From contig OX337240.1 in the NCBI GenBank assembly GCA_946965045.2, forward strand, positions 2,108,001 to 2,172,000: a stretch of DNA of 64,000 nt, read 5' to 3'. Source of the stretch: Epithemia pelagica. Its lineage: Eukaryota; Protista; Bacillariophyta. The notes under the pieces are model-generated. The model was not told where the DNA came from. It did no database searches and saw only the letters and a program-made list of their open reading frames with translations. The translations under genes and the position numbers were made by a program. This document shows, piece by piece, positions 1 through 9,495 of this stretch. Position 1 is the first letter of the stretch, and each line of letters begins with the position of its first letter.

Positions 1-779
1 CAAGCAACTGACATTTTAGCATTGTCCACAGTTGATTCTATGGGTGTGTAGTTAATTCCACTAAATCCTCAATAGCAACTTTCTCAATGTTCATATGCTG
101 TTCCTCAGCACCATTCATCCCTCGAATTGCATAGAGGCTCCCATTGCATACAATGGCTGAATGATGCGATCGTTTCATTCTCATTTTTGGGCCTTCGCGT
201 CATTGTTGACCGTCCGTTCCAAGATTGAGTAGCATCACTGTGTCAGTAGTAGTCTAGAAGTCAGCAAAAGGGAGTGTCCGCAATACGACACAATCTGGTG
301 CTTGGTAAGCAATTTCTGCACAGCTGCTTCACAGCGATTCGTGAAGACATTTGGAAAGTCATAAAACTTCACGTCAGAAATAACCAGCTTGGCGGCTTTT
401 ACAAGACGCCTATCAATCGAACACAAGTCACCCTTGCTCATCCCCAAGCCGCATGTCTTTTGAAAGCATATTGGTAACTGTCTGTTGTTTAGTTTTTAAC
501 GGTCTTTATTCCAAACAAGACGACTCATTCCAAGTTACATACCATATGAAGCCCCCCCCCCCCCCCCCCCCCCCACCGATGACCTTCCTTTCATCTCCAT
601 TGAAGGAAAATGTCAACCAAGATTCTCATTGACTCGTCCAATGGTCTCCTATGCTTTTAACAATTCGATGATTCCCATCAAAACAGTCTACAGAATGGAA
701 TCTTTTAACCTGGATGGCAACCCACAGTGTCAGAATTCAAGTTACAAATTCATTTGACCTTGTGGAGATTCACTGTGAA
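1..779. repeat. Left arm of inverted duplication (reverse complement of 3672-3972 joined to 2527-2994)
   Basis: 1-301 is the reverse complement of 3672-3972 (2 SNPs seen) and 301-779 of 2527-2994; C23 run at 552-574 vs G12 at 2732-2743; arm may extend past the window start. Confidence 0.95.
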
Positions 780-1690
780 ATGGGCAAGTGAGGCTTAACT
801 ACCGGAGAGGCTTAACTGGCGCAATCTACGGTAGCATCTTTCTTGTTTTATAAAAGAGTGAGACTATTTCTAGGATGTATTACTTGCCTGATGATCATTC
901 CAGGAATGATTTCCTGGAACTTCACTGCTACTCCAAGCGATGACAAAATGGATCAAACCACTTTCAAAAGTCATTTTGATTTTACAACGTGTCAAAGAAC
1001 AATCAACATCAAGGAAAGACTCCCAATTAGAAAAAGTATTACAAGACAAAGACTCAACAATACCAGAATTCGCATCCATATAGATGTAGTTGAAAGTTTC
1101 GAGAAGGATTGTTCCCAGTGTGATGGAGTTGTAGGATTACTTAACGGTGCTTCAATCCTTTAGAGTAGGGTCGCCCGGCGCGGAGGGTAGAATGACAAGG
1201 AGGGCAGACGTTCGAGGAGGGCGCCTGTCCAACAAGACATATGCCCCTCTAGTCATTCTCCCAACAAGCCGGGCGTCCGACGAGGAAGGAACGAGAAAAT
1301 ACAGGGGTGTAATCTGCCTACTTTTTATCTTGATATGTAGGTAGTGACTTCCGCCCGGTTTTATTATGAGTTGGGATGTTGCAAGGACAAAATATTCCTT
1401 GCGCGGTTCACCCATGATGTCGCACAATTTGCACGATTTTCTTATCCGAACAACTTCCCGGCTCAACAAAAAATCTACTGTAATAAAAAATGTGAGATTT
1501 TTGTATCTAAAAATGCCTGACCAGACATTGTGGTGGTAGCAATGGGGCGAAACAAATGACTTCGCCTTCCTTTCAGTAGGGAAACAAACGACTTTGCCTT
1601 CCTTAATGTCGACAAGACAGAATTTGTTGTTTACTCAGACTTGTTTGAAGTCAAGGAGGAAGACCTGTCACCCTTTCTTGGGCTTGGATA

Positions 1691-1793
1691 GAGTGAAATC
1701 AAATACTGGAAACAAAACCTTGAAGAGTGAACTCAAATACTGGAAACAGAATCTTGAAGAGTGATCTCAAATACTGGAAACAGAATCTTGAAG
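1691..1793. repeat. 34-bp tandem repeat x3
   Basis: GAGTGA(A/T)(A/C)TCAAATACTGGAAACA(A/G)AA(C/T)CTTGAA at 1691, 1725, 1759 with no spacers. Confidence 0.9.
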
Positions 1794-2526
1794 TTCTTGG
1801 ATTGAGGAAACCAGACAAGATAAGACATCAATGGAATGGTACAGTTTGATTATCTTGGAACCACATCTGTGCACAACTGGTGCTCGTAATGGCTTGGAAA
1901 GGGAAGGGTGGCACTTCAAGTTCTTCTTTGGGAACAATGGGTAAAAGAGGCAAATGGTAATATCAACTTTAGGATACAACCAATTGCAGTGTTTTTTGGT
2001 GTCTTGATTGGGGAGTTTCACGTGGACGAATTTTCCCATACGGAACAGACCATCCATCAATGGAATGTAGATCGGTGATGGTACCATTCTGTGTTGATTA
2101 TCCAATCTGATGTGCCTTTTTGTATAGTGATTTGGGTGTCAGCTGTCAACATTGGGTACATTGATTTGGTTCTTGTGGAACAGTTCTCCCTTGACATGCA
2201 ATCATTATGGGATAGAGGTCAAGTACCGAGTACCAAAATGTGAGCAAAGACAACTGTTCCAAAAGGATTCAATTAAATAGAACAAAAAATAGGTTAATGT
2301 TTAATGTAATTTTAACAAGCAAACCCGGTCGGGGTAGCGCAAGGCATATTTTTATGGGATGGGCAGGCGGATTTGTCTCATTCGTTCTGCAAAATTGAAA
2401 TACCAGGGGCTTGTTGTGCTGTGCTGGTAAAATGTCAAACGAGCAATGAAGCAACATGGGACTATTTAAAAAAGATCAAGATTTGTAACGAAATATGAAG
2501 CAAACAACCTCCAAGTCTCCATCTCC

Positions 2527-3972
2527 TTCACAGTGAATCTCCACAAGGTCAAATGAATTTGTAACTTGAATTCTGACACTGTGGGTTGCCATCCAGGTTA
2601 AAAGATTCCATTCTGTAGACTGTTTTGATGGGAATCATCGAATTGTTAAAAGCATAGGAGACCATTGGACGAGTCAATGAGAATCTTGGTTGACATTTTC
2701 CTTCAATGGAGATGAAAGGAAGGTCATCGGTGGGGGGGGGGGGCTTCATATGGTATGTAACTTGGAATGAGTCGTCTTGTTTGGAATAAAGACCGTTAAA
2801 AACTAAACAACAGACAGTTACCAATATGCTTTCAAAAGACATGCGGCTTGGGGATGAGCAAGGGTGACTTGTGTTCGATTGATAGGCGTCTTGTAAAAGC
2901 CGCCAAGCTGGTTATTTCTGACGTGAAGTTTTATGACTTTCCAAATGTCTTCACGAATCGCTGTGAAGCAGCTGTGCAGAAATTGCTTACCAAGCTTCCT
3001 GATCTCTGGTGCCAATATAAAAATGATCACAAGCCGAATAATGAATGGGACGACAGTGAAGGAGACAAGTCTGATGAACATGAACTAGACGGGATGGCAA
3101 GACTCAGGATCTCTGGGACAACTTGAAAGATCCAACCGATCCCAGCTAAGATCCAACCGATCCTTTATGCAAGAAGATACACAAGATCCACTGACCGCAA
3201 GAGCTTCAACTGCTCCAACTGATACCCCTCCAAGTCCATAGAATACCAGTCTTCGAGAGACATTCAGGATTTGATCTCCAACTACTCTGTTCTTTGCACT
3301 TGATTTGTCTATATCAGTTTAGAGTATTATCTGACGATTACAATGATATATTATTTGCTTGGGGGATCTTGGGTTACAATCCAAAAATGTCGTTCCATCC
3401 AACTGGTGACACGGGTGAGATCCTCAGCCTCCTTGCCTTGTCCAATGGGCGATGATGTGATGAGCACATCGTATGCGGGAGTGTTGTTAAGGAAGACACT
3501 CTTGTTTGGCTTCGAAAGGTTCAGATTGTCAATCTGGGTGGTGAAGAAGAAACACCTATTGCTGCTGTTTGGGTAACAGACGACATCGATAGAATACTCT
3601 GAAGCCATATCGCGCCGGCGACTGAAGTCAAACGAGGACATCAGCGCTCCACTATGGCATGATGGAAGTATGCACCAGATTGTGTCGTATTGCGGACACT
3701 CCCTTTTGCTGACTTCTAGACTACTACTGATACAGTGATGCTACTCAATCTTGGAACGGACGGTCAACAATGACGCGAAGGCCCAAAAATGAGAATGAAA
3801 CGATCGCATCATTCAGCCATTGTATGCAATGGGAGCCTCGATGCAATTCGAGGGATGAATGGTGCTGAGGAACAGCATATGAACATTGAGAAAGTTGCTA
3901 TTGAGGATTTAGTGGAATTAACTACACACCCATAGAATCAACTGTGGACAATGCTAAAATGTCAGTTGCTTG
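2527..3972. repeat. Right arm of inverted duplication, carrying 2995-3671 that the left arm lacks
   Basis: Direct sequence comparison with 1-779. Confidence 0.95.
3390..3700 (+). pseudogene. Decayed copy of a diatom multicopy small protein, recalled as associated with DNA transposons
   Basis: Manual translation GDTGEILSLLALSNGR*CDEHIVCGSVVKEDTLVWLRKVQIVNLGGEEETPIAAVWVTDDIDR resembles the recurring diatom GRSCEEH..CG..V.DG.DRC.VGFL family; internal stops. Confidence 0.4.
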
Positions 3973-5740
3973 GGATACACGGAGAATGTGCTGCAACTGC
4001 CACAATGAATTGTTATATCATGGTGGCTTATAGCTTCAAGGTGAATATTATCGACAGACCGTGAACCTGTGACAAAATCTTGGCAATGAGTGACATGTCC
4101 TCTTCGACATCGTCCACCCAAACTTCAAGAGTTTTGGACACCAACCATCCCTCTGACATCGTCTCCCCCCTAATCTGATAACCAGGGCTCCCTGGAATCA
4201 ATGAACACACTAATCAAGATCCAGATTGAGTCTCAGACTGTCAATATTGGTGACTCCTTTGTTCAGCAAAAAACTTGTAAAACTGTGTATGAGATTCATG
4301 GTATTTTCCCTCCCGGTATGCCCAACTCTCTCTATGTCTTTCGTCACAAAGAAGATTTCTCCCTTTTCATCTCACGACAGGCTCCTGTCGGCCGTCAAAT
4401 CAAGTTGTTGCGTTCTTTGAAATATTTTGGACAGATATACCACCATATATCTGATGAGCAGAATATCTACGAAGTCAAATCTGTCAACCGCTATGAAAAC
4501 GGCCCCTTTGTTGTGTCGCAAATTGTCGGAGGGGTGTTTTATAACCACGACCTCCTCCCGGACCAACAAAAATTTGTAAGTGGGAAGATGCCGACGAAGT
4601 ACTTCTTCTCATTCGTCAGTACATGGATGAATTGCATAGTAAGGAATTTAAATGTTGTTGACGTTCTACCTTATTCATTGTCATGATCATCGTTCTCTTC
4701 CAACATTCGTAGAATATCTACAGGTCCTGGTTCCGCGGCTGCAGGAATTGAAGTTTCCAGAGAGGGCTTGAGTCCATCTGGAAGCTTGGTCGGTGGTTGT
4801 CGGGTCGGTGGTTGTCTGGTTGGTGGTTGTCTCGGAGGAGGGATGGGGACAGTTCTGCAGTTGCGTCGAGAATCCAAGAGGTGGTATTGTTGTATATGGT
4901 GAAGAATTCCCACTCCTCATCATCTGGTAATATGATCCTTAATGAAATCCTCAAATTCCTTTTCCTTATCATCAGTAATATATTCCCGCCATGTTGTCTC
5001 ATCGAAACCATCAACACATCGAGAAACTTTGTCCACCGCAAATGGAGGGTAATCGTCATGGTCGTGGTGGTCCATTCCGTGAAGATTATGACCGCAACAG
5101 TCGGAAAACTGAGAAATGAAAAACGCCGATGAGCGAGACAACAGCACAACAACAAAACAAGATTCCACGATTAGCGACTCAAGATTGTAAGTCATACTCT
5201 AAAACTTCTACTGAAACGCCACCGTACTTCCCGAAGAATTGTCCGACGTCATCAAAATTGTCGGGAAATGCAAGAGCTCCGCCTCCTTCTTCGAATCGTT
5301 CGTTGCTGAAGTTTTCGATCCGTTCAATAATGCTTGTACTATCTTGTTGGGTCAGTGTGCTGTGATCCAGCGCTTGGGCCTCCGTTGGAAATCCTAGGCC
5401 TTGCCCGGTGGATTCAGTCCTTTCTCTTTTGACCCCTTTCTCTTTTGACCCATATGCAATCCCCGGTCTGGACTAGAATCACACTCTTGATAAAAACATA
5501 GTTCGTCGTCCAGTCCCAAGCGCTTGGACTTGGTCACTAGATTGCGGTGCCTGGGAATGTCCTACTCTCTGAGTCAGCATATTTCTCACGTTTCAGGCAA
5601 AAGGATGATAGCTTAGGGCGTAGATGGGATTTTACGTGGACAGCTGAATGAAGGAGACATGGCTGGACAACCCATGCTCTCCTTCATTCCCCTCTCCACC
5701 TATCATCAAGTTGCGATACAAAACGATTTTTCTGGCTCCG

Positions 5741-5995
5741 TACGGATCGGACGATGCTTCAGGTGATGGCTTTGGCTCGGCAATCCATTTTCCCCAAAAG
5801 GGTCTGTCATATCGTATTGGGGTGTGGAAGGCAGACGTGACCATAAGCGAGTCATCTAACTGGCACGAATTCACCAATTGTGTAGAAGCCCTGGAGGAAG
5901 AAGCGGAGAAAGGCACCCTCGCCTCCACTGAAGTTTTTTTCTTCACCGACAATTCTACAGTAGAAAGATGTTTTTACAACGGCACTACTACTTCC
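5741..5995 (+). pseudogene. RNase H fragment of a DIRS/Ngaro-type (tyrosine recombinase) retrotransposon
   Basis: Within ORF 5648-6214: DDASGDGFGS...YRIGVW...ESSNWHEFTNCVEALEE...EVFFFTDNSTVE..FYNGT, with catalytic D/E/D motifs; truncated on both sides. Confidence 0.75.
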
Positions 5996-6371
5996 GTGAT
6001 ACTACAACACCGCAAGCTGTGTGAACGACAAACAACGGAGAGACCACTGCCACCCAATGTCATACCACTCAAAGAACGTCTCACCATCTTTCCCACCATC
6101 TTTCTCCCAAACTTCCTTGCCACCTCACCCCATACACGACCTTTCCTCATCCACAAGGCAACAATAAACCTCATTTTTCACAAGACCACGAAAAAACCTT
6201 GTGCTGAACCGTAGGCAATCCAAACTGGACTAGGATGGATGAGGACGACGATGGGGAGTTCCTTGTCAAGCAATCAACGGAAAAAATAGTCAAAGTCCTT
6301 CAAGATACATGCGGAGGCACAGGAGTACGTTATTCGAACATCGATGTGCTGTCGAATTATCAGCATCAAAC

Positions 6372-6699
6372 CGGGGTCTGTTTCGGAGTTTCAATCAAGG
6401 GCTCGCCCGGATGGGACACGGGTGGATGGAGTTCCTCCCCGCTTTGTTGGAAGGAATGAAAGATGTGTCGAATAGAGAGGTTGGAATCGTCGTGAGACAT
6501 CGAAAGCTTCTCGGAAATAAACGATGAGACTGTTAATCTGATAAACTTCTCTCGATTCAACAGGGGTTAGACAGATAGGTACGATAGGTAAAAGGCTCGC
6601 TGAGCCGACAATCGAATCACCAACCGATACAACAATCCTCCACGGGTCAGAGAAGAGTTGCAAGTCGAAGTCCGCCGTGGGTGGGGGCAGTCGGTCCAC
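6372..6699 (-). mobile_element. Truncated 5' leader (PBS plus start of upstream ORF) of a further copy of the CoDi-like element, attached to LTR A
   Basis: Matches 13914-14241 except one SNP (VSHPGE vs VSYPGE); ends abruptly at 6372. Confidence 0.9.
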
Positions 6700-7296
6700 T
6701 GATAAGAGGTAAGTCTTAAGATGAGTGTTAAAATGGTGATATTAATGATTGTGAGACGATTACTAACTAAGGTGGTTGATGGTGCCGAAGTCCTGGCTCT
6801 TGCATACGGCCATGGATCTGGTGTGATAGGTCCTCACTGGTTGGAGTAGACCGGCATTGGTGTATATTGAATGTATAGGGTGATGGATAACATGTATGGG
6901 ATGCAACAGCTCTTGCTTTGTCGTGGTATAAGTCTTGTCCTGGGCGCGTTGCTGTTTGCATTCTTGGATTTGTGGGAACAGAGATATGGTCTCGCGTGAT
7001 CGTGATTCGTGCTTTGATTACATAGACCGTTAGGTCGAATCGTGGATGCGCGTACTCGGATAGTAGAGGCGCGCACTTGATAGTTTTGGGCGCGCACGTG
7101 TTGGGCCATAGTTAATATCCGAGCGGTCGCCGATAACGCGTGCACTGCGAGCATGCCGTGGCCAAATTTATAGTTTCGCGAGCATGCCGACATTCTTTTC
7201 TCACTTTTAGGAAAATGTCATCGGATGCCATAAAATACTAGCATCATTCGATGAGTTGTAGGTTTTGCCACCTAGTTTTCGGTGAGAATCCTAACA
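6700..7296 (-). repeat. LTR A (3' LTR of copy 1), 597 bp
   Basis: TGATAAGA...TCCTAACA termini (TG..CA, imperfect inverted ends); one difference noticed vs LTR B (GGTTTTGCC vs GGTTTCGCC). Confidence 0.9.
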
Positions 7297-9411
7297 CTCC
7301 CCACAATTCGTCGAATGAGGATTGTCAATTCCCTCATCACTTTCCTGGATTTTTCCTCTCCAGAATAACAAAGATCTGAGCATGGGCCAAACTGCGGCGA
7401 ATTCCCAATGTTTACTGAGGATATCAGCTGGGTTTGTCTTTCCATCTTTCCAGTAGAATGCGACGTACTTTGCAGCGATAGCTTCACGGACTCGGTGATA
7501 GGATAGGAGATGGTGCCTCTTGGAGATGATTGAGTGTGGTGCGGTGCTATTGATAACGACAGAGCGGTTATCTCCAAACATGTAACTCTTCTCTCGTAGA
7601 GGGACTCCCAAGTATCGGAGTGTAAGGCGTAGCTCCGTGATCTGATCAACTGCAGTCCTTGCGGCAACAAATTCAGATCCATACGTGGCTGTCTCCACTG
7701 TGGCTTGTCGCTTACTGTACCAGTCCACGGGTGTACCGTTTACAAAATGCAGGATGGCTGTAACTGCTTTCCCAGTAACCATATCATGCATGAGATTTGC
7801 GTCGACATAATGTATAGTTGTCACAAAACGCCCAAGTGGGGTTGGACAGTCCTCAGGGATACGTTCCTTGGCGTCCATGTATACGGTACGACTCCAATCG
7901 TATTCTTGGATAGGTAAACCTGATAAATCTGGCTCCCCAGTGCGGAATCTGATAGACCCATCAGGAAATGACATGAGGTATCCATAGATGCGCTTAGCTT
8001 GCTTCAAATGACCAATCCTTGGAGCAGCTCTGAACCTTGATAGAGTCATGGTAGCAGGAAAGACATCAAAACGGCCAATGGTAATTAGCCATTGCAGTTG
8101 TCCAATAAGAGTCTGGAAATGCTGGGTCCCTTCTTCATCTAAGAGCTCAGAGTCATCGAGTTCAGGATGATCGTTAGCAATGACTGGCGGCTTTGCTTTC
8201 TTGGGTTTCTCATTGAACAATCGTTCATAGGTATCCATCATCTTCTCGATGTACCTTCGTGGGTCAGACACAAGTGTACCGTCTGGATCTTTGGTATAAC
8301 GACACCCCAAATGATACTCGATAGGTCCGACTCCTTTGAGTTTGAAGTTGTATTTTTTTGTAAAGATCTTGCAGACAGCTTCAGGGTCCATGGCAACGAT
8401 AGCTAAGTCATCAACATATACAGCGATATATTCATAACAGTCTTCTCCAGGAGCCTTCTTCATCCAAATATCAGGGTCAGCCTTGCTTGGAGAAAATCCC
8501 ATATCAATGAGAACATCAAACAGTTTGTCATGCCAGCGAGCACCTGAGGATTTGAGACCATATAATGCCTTGTAGATGATCAAGATATGTCCTTCTAACT
8601 CCTTGAACTCTGGTCCTGCAATGATGAAAATCTTCTCTCTTGTTAATGCTTCTAGGTATGCGTTCCCAATATCTGCTCCCCATATTTCCATGTCGTTCAT
8701 GGTTCCAAGAAATATGGCAATGCGAAGGTTGCGAATGGAGACAACCCCTGAATAGATGGTCTCAACGGGTTCCTTGGTGAGATGTCCATCTGCGACAAGT
8801 CGTGCCTTGTGCCTTCCGTCATGCTTGACATCAAAGACCAGATGTACTCTTATCTTATGATATCCTTCTGGTGCATTGGCCAATTTCCCATTAATGAACT
8901 TGGCTTTTCCATGGTCCTTGAAAGTGTTATACGATTGGATCTGTGAGAGTTCCAATTCTGTTGCGTCTTGCCATTTCGTGTTCCCAAATTGCTTGTCTAG
9001 TTCCACTGCTTCTTCATAGGTGCGAGGTACTTGGAAACCAAACTTGTACTTGATAGAGCGACAAACTTGTTTGATCATGGATTGTTTAGCTGCTCGAATG
9101 AGTCTTTTGCTTGTCTTGACGTATCGCTTGAGATGTTTCCATCCGGGTAGATCCAGCAAACCATTTTTCTTGGCATATATGGCGACTGTGATGGGGTCAT
9201 CATTTGCAATAAGAGATAGAGGTTCGTATGTCGTCTCCCCAGTCTCCCAATCAACAAGGACATTATATTTACTCCCTTTATAGTCTGGGTCGCTTGAGTT
9301 CAAAGGTCCTTGGTGTGCAATAACGTCTCTGAATCGGAAGAGACTATCCCCTGTCGTTTGGGCTTGATTATCCCTTTCAATGTATTCCATGAGCTGGTTG
9401 TAGGAGATCAT
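7291..9411 (-). CDS. pol: Copia pol C-terminal part: chromodomain-like segment, reverse transcriptase, RNase H (706 aa)
   Basis: VFDVKHDGRHKARLVADGH, DIGNAYLEA, KALYGLKSSG, YVDDL, YVDANLMHD..TGK, ATYGSEFVAAR, GDNRSV, NPADILSK; stop lies inside the LTR. Confidence 0.95.
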   Translation of the reverse strand: MISYNQLMEYIERDNQAQTTGDSLFRFRDVIAHQGPLNSSDPDYKGSKYNVLVDWETGETTYEPLSLIANDDPITVAIYAKKNGLLDLPGWKHLKRYVKTSKRLIRAAKQSMIKQVCRSIKYKFGFQVPRTYEEAVELDKQFGNTKWQDATELELSQIQSYNTFKDHGKAKFINGKLANAPEGYHKIRVHLVFDVKHDGRHKARLVADGHLTKEPVETIYSGVVSIRNLRIAIFLGTMNDMEIWGADIGNAYLEALTREKIFIIAGPEFKELEGHILIIYKALYGLKSSGARWHDKLFDVLIDMGFSPSKADPDIWMKKAPGEDCYEYIAVYVDDLAIVAMDPEAVCKIFTKKYNFKLKGVGPIEYHLGCRYTKDPDGTLVSDPRRYIEKMMDTYERLFNEKPKKAKPPVIANDHPELDDSELLDEEGTQHFQTLIGQLQWLITIGRFDVFPATMTLSRFRAAPRIGHLKQAKRIYGYLMSFPDGSIRFRTGEPDLSGLPIQEYDWSRTVYMDAKERIPEDCPTPLGRFVTTIHYVDANLMHDMVTGKAVTAILHFVNGTPVDWYSKRQATVETATYGSEFVAARTAVDQITELRLTLRYLGVPLREKSYMFGDNRSVVINSTAPHSIISKRHHLLSYHRVREAIAAKYVAFYWKDGKTNPADILSKHWEFAAVWPMLRSLLFWRGKIQESDEGIDNPHSTNCGEC
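7297..7310 (-). promoter_or_regulatory. Polypurine tract-like plus-strand primer site
   Basis: Minus strand ...ATTGTGGGGAG abuts LTR start TGTTAGG; same at 21810-21823. Confidence 0.7.
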
Positions 9412-9495
9412 CTCATCAACATTGGAGTTAGACTTGCGAAAGATATATTTGAGTCAATCTTCTTGTTTGGTTGCATCTTGTTCCAGGTCGACAAC

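Noticed and set aside
1691-1793. 34-bp repeats as a CRISPR array
   Set aside because: Units are contiguous with no spacers, and the context is eukaryotic
4201-4686. 161-aa plus-strand ORF as a gene
   Set aside because: No recognisable motif; the in-register minus frame looks equally protein-like, so the coding strand is unresolved
4787-4835. RQPPT x3 as a functional repeat protein
   Set aside because: A 15-bp local tandem repeat inside a frameshifted unknown frame
6235-6527. Plus-strand ORFs spanning 6372
   Set aside because: Chimeric read-through across a rearrangement junction, antisense to the TE leader
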